Assembly (NCBI GenBank): GCA_030167865.1 | Contig: JALAGF010003286.1 | Span: forward strand, 62,001-126,000 | DNA from: Craspedostauros australis | Lineage: Eukaryota | Direction of reading: 5' to 3' | Length of the DNA: 64,000 bases | In this document: positions 38,460-48,548 of the stretch, piece after piece | Position numbering within the stretch: position 1 is the stretch's first letter | Layout: every line of letters begins with the position of its first letter | Program-made: the position numbers and the translations under genes | Notes under the pieces: generated by a model | What the model saw: only the letters and a program-made list of their open reading frames with translations | Told to the model about the DNA's origin: nothing | Database searches by the model: none

Positions 38460-40151
38460 ATGGTCTCCCAGCCAGGCATCGGCAGCACCAGCACGAACGC
38501 AAATCCTCACGAGAGGACTGGTCAGCACATCCGATCATCTTTGGAGCAGGAGGCATCGGATGATCGCGTTGCCGCGTATCATTCCACCGCCGATCATCAT
38601 GGAGGCGATCACGAGAGCGATGGAGGCGATGGCATGGACAGACAGCCGAGCATCCGACGCAGACAACCCGGGATCAAACCCAAGCAGCTGCTGGCGCTGT
38701 TCTTCGTGTTGGGACTCCTCAATAACGCCTCCTACGTAATCATGATCGCGTGCGCCAAGAGCATCAGCGAGGGCGGGACGGCGTTGGTCTTCATCGCCAA
38801 CGTCATGCCATCCCTCCTCGTCAAGCTCAGTGCGCCCTACTGGTTCGACCGCGTGTCCTACCAAACACGTTTGATGGCAGCCACCGTCTCCATGGTTGCC
38901 TCCTTCACGTTGGTTGCTGTTGGTGCGACCATCAGCATACCCTCCGCGGCGTTGCAAATGCAGCTGCTGGGGGTGGCCCTCGCCAGTCTGCAATGCGGGC
39001 TGGGCGAAGCCTCGGCGCTGGCGTTGGCCGGTCGATTTGACTCCTACTTAGGCGCGGCACAGTCGCCAGCATCACCTTCCACGGTCGAAGCCGATCCTGC
39101 TGAGAGCTCCACCGGATTCTGCCTCACGGGCTTCTCCTCGGGCACAGGACTGGCAGGAGTGTTCGGATTTCTGTGGAAGTTCGTCTTCAGCGATTTCTTG
39201 GGCTGGTCCCTTTCGGCAACGCTATGGAGCGCAATGACTCTTGCGGTGGGGTATTGCCTATCCTCGTACCAATTGGTTCGGTTGGATCATCGTCTCAGTG
39301 AAGGTGTGGGGACGGTCTCGGTAACGGTGCCCGGGGGAGACGCCAGCATTCACATCAGCGACGGCGGCGACATTGATAGTGACTGCGATGACCATGTCGT
39401 CACCATCGGTTCGGATGATGTCAACATTGATGAGATCCGTCCTCTCCATGCATCGTCACATTCCACAGCAACTGCCACGCAGATGACAGCGACGACGTCC
39501 ACGGCGGCGACTTCCAGGCAGAACAGCGCGTCGCACGACACAATGGCAGTGCGAACAACGACGGAAGTCTCTGACATGGACGCAATGCAAAGATTCCGAC
39601 TATTCCTCTCGCTGTGGCCCTACATGATCCCGCTCTTTCTTGTCTACGTCGCCGAGTACTCCTTGCAGGCAGGGACCTGGACTGCCATCGGCTTTCCAGT
39701 CACGAACGTGGCTTCCCGCGATCGCTTCTTCGAGTACGGCAACTGGATGTACCAGGCCGGTGTCTTCGTTTCGCGATCGTCCGGCACCATCTTCACGGCT
39801 TCGATGTTCTCCCTGTGGCTGATGCCGCTCCTGCAAGTTCTCAACGTCTTTCTCTTTGGGTGGTACGCCATGCACCAAAGTGACAGCATGTCCCAAGCGA
39901 TGCTCCTCCCCGCTTGCTTTTACGTGGGATTGTTGGGTGGTGGTGTCTACATCCATGGCTACAAACGGATTTGCATAGACCTCCCGCCGCAGCATCGTGA
40001 ATTCGCGTTAGCAGCTACCAGCGTCGCCGAAGGCGTCGGCACATTGATGGCGGATCTGTTGGGACTGGTTATTCAGGGCTGTTTGTACCAATGGAATCAT
40101 CTGGAGGGTGCTCTCGTGGCATGCCCCGCACACTTTGACGTGAGCAACTGA
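38460..40151 (+). CDS. CLN3: CLN3/battenin (BTN1) lysosomal/vacuolar membrane protein
   Basis: FFVLGLLNNASYVIM, GLGE, FSSGTGLAG, YMIPLFLVYVAEY, YQAGVFVSRSS, GLLGG, REFAL; many TM segments. Confidence 0.9.
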   Translation: MVSQPGIGSTSTNANPHERTGQHIRSSLEQEASDDRVAAYHSTADHHGGDHESDGGDGMDRQPSIRRRQPGIKPKQLLALFFVLGLLNNASYVIMIACAKSISEGGTALVFIANVMPSLLVKLSAPYWFDRVSYQTRLMAATVSMVASFTLVAVGATISIPSAALQMQLLGVALASLQCGLGEASALALAGRFDSYLGAAQSPASPSTVEADPAESSTGFCLTGFSSGTGLAGVFGFLWKFVFSDFLGWSLSATLWSAMTLAVGYCLSSYQLVRLDHRLSEGVGTVSVTVPGGDASIHISDGGDIDSDCDDHVVTIGSDDVNIDEIRPLHASSHSTATATQMTATTSTAATSRQNSASHDTMAVRTTTEVSDMDAMQRFRLFLSLWPYMIPLFLVYVAEYSLQAGTWTAIGFPVTNVASRDRFFEYGNWMYQAGVFVSRSSGTIFTASMFSLWLMPLLQVLNVFLFGWYAMHQSDSMSQAMLLPACFYVGLLGGGVYIHGYKRICIDLPPQHREFALAATSVAEGVGTLMADLLGLVIQGCLYQWNHLEGALVACPAHFDVSN

Positions 40152-40481
40152 ATTGCGTGTTAGTATAGTACGTGTGCTTTCAGTCGTTTTTGGACTTAGA
40201 AACGTTCGATCTTGATGCCGTGTGTTTGCACCATGTTGCACGATGCAATCCTTCTGAATCAAAGCAGCATAAACAGAGCATAGAATCAACTGCTACGTAC
40301 ATGTTGTTACATGCATAATGTGACTCTCCTAACTTTACTCCACGACTGTGCGCGTACAGAGGATCTGCAGTCCTGGAAAATCTCATGCCGATGCTGATGA
40401 CAATGACACGAGTACGCATAGTACTTTGGTAGATGGCATGGACTGGTGCGATGCTTGTGGCTGAGCGAATGTGTCACCACA

Positions 40482-41669
40482 TCAACTGAGCGCCAATGTT
40501 CTGATACGTCCTTCGATGATCTCAGCGTTGTGGATCTCGAATTCCATGCAAAATTCTTCATTTTCACGAAGCTGTAGCTTCTTCACGGCTTGCCCGTCCC
40601 GGAAAATGATGGTCAGCAGCTTGCTGCGATGAGGACACGGGTCCCCGAACAACCGAATATACCAATATCTGAGCGTGGCGGGTTGGTATTCGTTGATTGT
40701 TCCGTGCGCTGTCGTTGCCAATCGCGGTGGGAGGAGCTTCAGCTTTCCGTTATTGTCGGCAATCATCTTTCTCAGAACATGAGTAACATCGAAGACATGA
40801 GGAGTACTGCCGAATGATGCGCGTAGCAACTTTGTTGTTGCGCCCTTCTTCGTTCCTGCTGAGCAGTTTGGAGGTTCCAAGCAAACCTCAGACTGACCTG
40901 TCTCGTTGAAATGAGGAGACAAACGAATTGCGCCAGAATATGCTTCAATCAACGCCTTCACCATCTCGTACTCGCCTGGATGGTACAGCTTGGCCCAAAA
41001 CATCACTCCACTGTTTCCCGCTTCAATACGCCTTGGCCGAAGCTTGATTTTCCGACAGTACTTGAAGACGGTTCCCATCACCTTTGTACCAAGTGCAATT
41101 CGATGTTCACGTGACATGTGAGCCAATCCCAATTCTCGAAGGATGTCCGGGACCGTGTACGTTCTGCACAAGCGATGCAGATCACGGCCGGCCTGGGCGC
41201 AGTTCAAGACGTCTTTCATGCTCAAAAAGGAACGAATTCCATTTTCCCTGACAAAGAGTTGAGGACCAACAGTACCGCGATCAAAGAAGTTGCTGAAGGG
41301 ACCAATGATTGTTTTCTTTGGCTGATTTCTCTTGGGGCGAACAGGTACGGAGAGCTGTGCTGGACTGCATGATGTACGCAGCGGCGTGATTCGTTTACCT
41401 TGACCTCGACCTCCACCTCGACCCCGTCCTTTACCCCGACTTTGGCTCCGACCACGGCCAGGAACTTGCGCACGGCCCCGTCCACGACCTCTGCCTCGAC
41501 CACCACCTCGACCACGACCTCGACCACCACCTCGACCACGACCTCGACCACCACCTCGACCACGACCTCGACCCTGAGTTTGACCAGGCTGACGACCAGC
41601 TGTGCCTGACACCGTTGGTGGTACCGCTGGTGTATCGGATGCGGGTGTACTGTTAGGTGTCATTTCCAT
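40482..41669 (-). CDS. Uncharacterised protein: RGG/RG repeat, F-box-like segment, C-terminal DUF3395-like (DPCP) domain
   Basis: Intronless ORF; GRGRGGGR repeats; SFLSMKDVLNCAQAGRDLHRLC; ASFG...DVT..L...FGDPCP..SKLL.I. Start codon uncertain. Confidence 0.6.
   Translation of the reverse strand: MEMTPNSTPASDTPAVPPTVSGTAGRQPGQTQGRGRGRGGGRGRGRGGGRGRGRGGGRGRGRGRGRAQVPGRGRSQSRGKGRGRGGGRGQGKRITPLRTSCSPAQLSVPVRPKRNQPKKTIIGPFSNFFDRGTVGPQLFVRENGIRSFLSMKDVLNCAQAGRDLHRLCRTYTVPDILRELGLAHMSREHRIALGTKVMGTVFKYCRKIKLRPRRIEAGNSGVMFWAKLYHPGEYEMVKALIEAYSGAIRLSPHFNETGQSEVCLEPPNCSAGTKKGATTKLLRASFGSTPHVFDVTHVLRKMIADNNGKLKLLPPRLATTAHGTINEYQPATLRYWYIRLFGDPCPHRSKLLTIIFRDGQAVKKLQLRENEEFCMEFEIHNAEIIEGRIRTLALS
41497..41568 (-). 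repeat. Three perfect 24-nt tandem copies encoding GRGRGGGR
   Basis: Unit cgaccaccacctcgaccacgacct x3 on the + strand. Confidence 0.9.
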
Positions 41670-42151
41670 GTTGAATACTCTTGACTTGCGAGTGTGGAAG
41701 GTTGTGAAGTGCTGTTGCCTCTCTGTGATTGCTGCACAATATCCAAGGGACAATGAGAGCTTACCAACACCACGGCTCTTGATCGTTGCCATTTTCAGGT
41801 TTTCTTGTAACCACTCCTCCAACAGAGAGATGTGTGGATATTGAACGCTTCAAGCTGTCGGACCTACGTACATTTCCTACCGGAATGAATTTTCTTGGTT
41901 TGGGTGCTTCGCATGAGCCCCATGGAAGAAGGTTGCCTCCGGATGCGCAGCGATGAAGCAAAAATCGTCTCGAAGTGTTGGCACTCTCTGGAGTTTCTCT
42001 TCATCACATATATATACACACACACACACGCAGTGCTGAGAAAGCGTTTGGACGTGTGGTCGAAAATGTTGGCAGGTCTATTGTGCATACGTGTATGTAT
42101 GGCACGATCTAATCAATGCACTCGTACACGTGTGATGTACCGTTCCAAAAA

Positions 42152-45100
42152 TCACTGCAATCTCTGGAGAAGGTCAACAAGGCTCTCCGGTGACATGGCC
42201 TTGGAACGCTTGATGATTCGTTCGGGGATCCCTTGTCCCAATTCAATGTACAGATCCTTGAGTGTCTTCTTGTCCTGCGAATCGAAGAGTGTCACGAATT
42301 CCTGCAGCGTGCATCTCGCGTCCGTCAGCTTGTTCAGGGTGTGGTATCCGAACAGCTTGACGGTGTGGTCGTAATCCAGCCGTTTGATCGTGAACGTATC
42401 CTCCATCCACCTCGACGATCTGCGGACGTTTGACTTCTTCTTGCCATCCACGGGTTGCTGGTTGATGAGGATGGCTTTTGTGATGGTTGCACCCGCATTC
42501 TGTTGGAACAGATCGCCCAGGAAATCTGTCAAGATGGGAGAGTTGATGTCAACACCTGCCATGTCCACAACGATGAGATTCTTGCGACCAGCCAAGGCCC
42601 GTTGCGATCGTTCCAACAGCTTGGCCTCATCAACGACCTCATCCACGCCGGTGGCCTGTTGTAGATCTGCCTTCGACTCGCCATCAGATGCAATGCTGGA
42701 AGATGTGGCGCGAGCAAGGCGGAATCGAAGGAGATCCTTGATGTCCACCCAAGGATCGTTGTAGTAGGTGTCGGGCGAGTCTTCGCCACTCAGCCAAATC
42801 ACGTTGCCCAGCGTCATATCTTTGCGTCTCCAAAGCATGTATCTACAGGCCGCGGCCACGAAGGAGCTCTTGCCAATGCCAGATCGTTTGGCTTGCACCT
42901 TGACGACGTCGTTGTTCTTGATCGCGCGGATCAAGTCGTACAGCTCCTTCTCCCGCCCGACGAAGTGATTGACCTCGACCGGGATTCGCGGGTCGTTCAA
43001 ACCGCGGATCGAAACCTGGAACTTCCATGCTGGGCACTCAGCTGTGAAGAAGACGTCTGAGTTGCTGTCCCTCGAGAGCAAATGGTACTTCGACGCTTCC
43101 TGCTGGGCCCCTTCCAACGTCCCTGTGGCAACTTCATTCGTTGCCACCTGGAATGCTTCTTTCACCGTCTTGCCAAGTGCCAACTCGCGATAAAACCGCC
43201 CGGCGAATTTGATGGAGCTGCCGTCGTGCAGACCGTAATCCTGCTTGCAACATATCACGTGCGGCACGCCAGCCTGGAAGATGGCCTCAGCGCATTGCTG
43301 CGAGTTGCAAGCGGACAAGAACACCAGATCGAGACGAGCGTTGTTCTCTCGGCCCAATGTCTTCTCGATCTCTGCCTTGAACTTGGGGACGTAGATCTTG
43401 TGGATCCCACCGTTGCCATCCTCGAGCGCGAGGTACTCCGGATCGCCGTGGCATGAGAGATGCAGTATCCTGCCCCTCCCTTCGCTCAAGAATTCGCAGA
43501 TGCGGTTCCACGTCGCTGGTTCGTACGAGATCTCGATGTCGCCGGGAATATCGGACTGCGCGAGCGCATTGTCGAGAGCCTCTCGTTCGCCCTTGCAGTT
43601 CAGCAACGGAAGCTGCTCCATCTCCTTGCTCTCTTCGTTGCGATACACGAGTGGCTGGGCTTGGAACACGAACAGACGATCGAACTTGCCAGTGTAGTTG
43701 AGACTTTCCAGCACGATGTTCCAATCACGAGGACGACGATGCGGGTCCTTGTCCAACAACGAATTGATAAGAGTCCTGGGCCATCCCGGCTTGACGAGCG
43801 ATAGCTTCTTCTCCTTCGTGTCATCTGTCCAATCGATGAGCTGCTGCATCTCGTCATGTTCGATGTTGTCTTGAGTATCAACGTTGAATAACGTCCTCCC
43901 AGTACACAGTTGATACAGCAGAACTCCAAAGCTCCACATATCCTGTGAGAGGGATGCGCGCAGAACAGTGCCGCGATCGATTCGTCCCACCGCAGCTTCC
44001 GGAGGTATGCAGCCTGAGCTCGTGTTCTTGTCAAACGACGACTCGCGTTCTTTGATGGATACCGCGGTGTCGAGATCAATGACCGCGAAGTCATGCCCGT
44101 CCCTTGCGACGAAGTTTCTACAATCGAAACGGTACATATATGGTGGTTGTGACAATGTCCGTGTATAGTAGATTATCAGAGTGTTGCGGCGGTTGATTGA
44201 GTTGATCAAGATATAAATGAAACGAAGAGACAGTGAGTGCGCACGTACGGTCACAAGTGGATTATTCTGTCATAAGTTGCCGCAACAAGTAGAGTCTGCT
44301 CCAATCGCCAACACCAAGAGCAACCCCCGACAACCATAACTCATGGAGCAGAGTACTTGCACTCTCTCTATCCGCACTCGCGCTTGCACGAGAGGCGAGT
44401 CAAATGAATCCATGCACCGGCGGCTTCATGTTCGCCACATGCCACAACACGCAGCTGCAGTCCAAGCTTTACGTACCGTGCCTTGACGTCTCCATGCATG
44501 ATGCCTTTGGTTTCATTCAAGTACTTGAGGGACAGCGCGACGTTCTTCGCAATTGCCATGGCAGCGGGTGCATCCTTGCCGGCGATGTTTTGGGTGTCGA
44601 TGAGTTTGTGCAAATCGCCGCCGTACCCGTACTCCATGACGATGAGATGGTCGAGGGTGGCGGTGGCCTTCGTCATTTCGCCGATCCCACCAGTGCCGGG
44701 TGCCTTCAGATGAATCTTGGGATACGTCGAAAGGTGATCCGCAATGTCGATGCCGAACTTCGTGACCGCCACATGCGAGGTGTCAAAGTCGCAGCCACCC
44801 GATTTGGAATACATGGCCTTGATGGGGACGACGTACTTGCCGTCCATGCCGATGCGGCGCCTTACTTCCTGCTGGAAGACATCCTGCGATGTCATGAACT
44901 TGAGCACGACGCGCGTTTCCTTGCCTTTGCGTAATTCCGTCGCAACGATGATGATGCAGGATTCGGACACGTGCAACGGATCCTCGTCTTCTTCGATGCG
45001 ATAAGTCTCCAAGAAACGTCCAAACACCTGTCCCCACCTGCTAAGATCTTCCGACGAGGTTGATATGCGAGATCGCCTCGCAACCTCCGTCAGCGTGCGC

Positions 45101-47913
45101 CTTGATGCTGGTTTGCCACCAAAGGAAAATCTGAACGTGCGGTCGCCGCTGGTGCTCGTTGTGTTGCCGTTGCTGACCCCGCTGATGGACACTTCCTCAG
45201 CCGGCGAGGCTCGCTGATGATGAATGAGTTGAAGCAACATACTTGCGGCATCCGGAGTGTCAAAGTCCGCGAGGATCTCCAACAACGTCCAGTCGGGCCG
45301 GAATTGCAGATTCAGATCGAGGTTCATGACGTCATCCGCTCCTCCATCTTGCTGATCTTGTATGATGTGGATGAACGCTCTCAGAGACGTTGGATTGTCA
45401 AATGAAAAGAGGGGCCTCAAGCGACGCGCGTCCTTCTGGTTTTGAAGGAGGATCTTCAGTCGCTGCACAGCGTGGGATTGCTGCAGGGTCGCCCAATCTT
45501 GAGAATTGATGCATTGCGACAGCAGGATGGTGATGGGAGATGCCCCCATGTAGTTGATGGTGTCCGCCGTTTCGGGATCGGCGTTGAACATCTCGCGGAT
45601 GAATTCGGTCGTTTCAGCGGGCGACTCTACGTGCGTGCGATCTCCAGTGTTGCCGTCTTCTGTTGAATCAGAAGTGGTCGGACGATTGCCGAATTGGTAC
45701 AACTGCTCCAGCAAATTGAACATCGCCGTGTTACCTCGGTTGTCCTGCATGCTGCAGATGGCGGGTCTGCCACGCATGACTGCACGCAGAAGCGGAACCG
45801 GCGCTCGCGAAACGGCACCGAGATGCATCGGAGTTGCGCGTTGCCGGTTTGTCATCCTCGCTGTTTTATCGTCGAGCAATAGACCGATTACGTCCATGCT
45901 GGCCAAGTTCTTCATGGCAAGATGCAGCGGACAGTTCAAGTCGCGATCCAGTTGCACCTTCAGTTGCGGACCACGTCGCAGCAATCTGGCGATGACGTCT
46001 GAGGATGCACCGCATGCCACGCCGACATGCAACGCCGTCGATCCCTCAAAGTTCGTCACATCCAATTGATCGTCGCCGCTGTGATTGAGGATGGCATCCA
46101 CCACGTCCACGCTGGCATCGTGCTGCATCGCCAAGTGCAACGGGATGCTCCGGCTTGCGCTGCGCTTCATCAGCACCAAGTCAGGGAACGTGCGGATGAT
46201 GAGCTCGATGGTTTCCACAGATGCATGATGCAGCAAGGCCAGATGCAGCGCCGTCCAATGATCGTCGTTGTCCACGTCGATCTGCACCGCGTAGGGATTG
46301 TACTCCAGGAGGATGCGGATGATCGGGAACGGCGCATTGTACTCCAGGGCCCAATGCAGCGGGATCTTGCCGTCGCCATCCGGGATGGTGCAGGCCCGCG
46401 GGAAGGCGCGGATGAGAACGTGGGCAAGGTCGGGATGGTGCAGGAAGGATGCCATGAGATGAAGCGGCGATCGGTCGGACCCATCCACCACCGAGGCAAC
46501 CTGGGGATGCAGCGAGATCATGTTGAGGATGATGTCGACCGGCACCCTCTCGCGGATGCCGACGTGCAGCGGGGTTTGGCCTGCGCTGTCCTTGCGGAAC
46601 ACGGCCCTGGGGTTGTCCGCGAGGAGGGCGCGGATGGTGGAGTCGGTGCAGTGCCGCGACATGGCCAAGTGCAACCTGCTGCGTCCCGTCCCGCTAATCT
46701 CGGTCATGCGTTGCAGCATGCAATCGAAGAGTTCGTCTGGGGCATTGAACTGCTCCCCCAGATCCAACGGGGTGCGGTGTAGGAAGTCCTGGACGTGCAC
46801 GGCGTTGGGATGCGCGCGAAAGACCAAGGCGAGGGTCTCGACAGACACCGCATTCCTCATCGCGACGTGCAGCGGATGTCGTTTGTTGTTGTCCTGCTGA
46901 CTGGCGGCCTTGGGATGGTACCGGATCAGAATGTCCGTCTCTTCCGCCGACGCGCGCTTGCACATGGCTCGGTGCAAGGGATTCCAGCCCAGGGGACGGT
47001 TGGGATTCTCCGATTCCACGTCCAGCATGATGTCGTACTTCTCCAGCACGTCGCGTTCGTCGTCGTCCTTGACGTCCCTCCACCTGGCCTGCCGATTCAT
47101 CGAGTCCAGGCGCTTGTTGAGCTGTTCCGGTTCCACCCCCAGCTGGATGAGGAGGTTCTTGCGTTCGCGCGTCGTGCCGTGATTCATGATGTGATCGATG
47201 GGCGTCATGTCGTTGGCGTCCGTCTTCAGGCAGGCCCCGGGGAAGAGGTTGAAGACGCGCACCACGAGGTCGACGTTGCGGTTGTGGATCATGCAGAGAT
47301 GCAGCACCGTGAACTGGCGCAGATCAATGACCTTCGCCGCGTCTGGATTGGCCTCCAGAACGGGCAGCAGCGACTCGTACGGCGCCGCGACCTCCACGCC
47401 GATGTGCAGCGCCGTGCGGTTGAGGCTGTCCAGGTGCCACGCCGCCGATGGGTTGCTCTGCAGCAGACGGCGCACGGTGTCCTCGTTGCAGCGATGCTCC
47501 ATGGCGATGTGCAGGCGCAAGGCGCGACGTTCCCCGCCCGTCGTTTCGGGACATGCCGGCAGCAGGCAGTCGAACAAGCGCGTGGGGGCGTGGAATTGGA
47601 TTCCGATCTCGATGGGCGTGCGCTCGTAGCGTTCCTTGGCCATGAGCTCGTTGGGGTGGATCGATTCCAGGATGGCCATCATGAGCTCGGTCGTGATCAT
47701 GTTGCGCATCGCGAGATGCAGAACGTTGCGTCCCGTGCTGTCCCTGCGATTCAGCGACTCCGGATCGCCCTGCACCAGCAGGCGGAACGTCGCGACATCC
47801 GCATCGCGGATCACCGCCCTGTGCACCGGCATCAAGCCCAGATCCTCATCGGTCTCGAGTTCCGGGATGCGCTGGCTGTGCTCACGCACTGCGAGTTCGT
47901 ATGCTGACGACAT
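42152..47913 (-). CDS. 1800-aa ankyrin-repeat / protein kinase / CHAT (caspase-like) protease / P-loop NTPase fusion; exons 47913-44477, 44117-42152
   Basis: Many TPLH-type ankyrin repeats; kinase VVLK, HGDVKAR|NFV across a phase-2 intron, IDLD, PPE, DMWSFG; CHAT ILHLSCHG, LALED, VFLSACNS; FVGREKEL, SGIGKS, NLIVVD. Confidence 0.85.
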
Positions 47914-48029
47914 GACACCGATGCGCGCGTTTGGTATGCACGGTTCACAGCGACAATGTGATGAGATTGGATGAGACTGGATGAGACTGGATGGGATGTG
48001 ACCACAGTGCTCTCTTTTGCTTCCTTTCG

Positions 48030-48032
<3 letters not shown>

Positions 48033-48060
<28 letters not shown>
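48033..48060. repeat. (CT)14 microsatellite upstream of the ankyrin-kinase-CHAT gene
   Basis: Perfect CT run; accounts for RERERE in the raw ORF extension. Confidence 0.9.
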
Positions 48061-48063
<3 letters not shown>

Positions 48064-48548
48064 CCGTGGATGCGAACAGAATGAAGGAGGTGTTGTGGCT
48101 GAATGGATTCGGATTCCGTTCCGTCCTGTGCAGGTTTGGATTTTGTGCGGTCCTGTGGCTGTTCCTTCGCCACTTTGATGCCATTCGCTTTGCTCCTTGT
48201 CGAGTTTGTTTGCATCGCAGAACGCCGCAGAATCACCGTTGCCGTAATACCCGTGTCTGGACTGATTGGACCAATTGTCAGTACCTGCGACATCAAGACG
48301 ACGAGTGTTATCCACGTCTGTGTATCATTTGGAGAAGCTACTCACGAATGAGAAGTGCTTGAATCGATGGTGTTCTTTCAGGGATGCTTGAATCCATTGA
48401 GTCAATGGTATGTCTGAAACATAGACATGGTTGTTGCAGACAGACAGACGGACAGTGTCAGTCTCCTACAAACAGACAGACAATCGAGAATGCTGCCCTT
48501 TTCGACATTCAATAGAGAGCCTCAAACATGAAACCTATGCACATTACA

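Noticed and set aside
47914-48315. N-terminal extension of the raw 1315-aa ORF
   Set aside because: Runs through a (CT)n microsatellite and simple repeats; ATG 47913 is the more plausible start.
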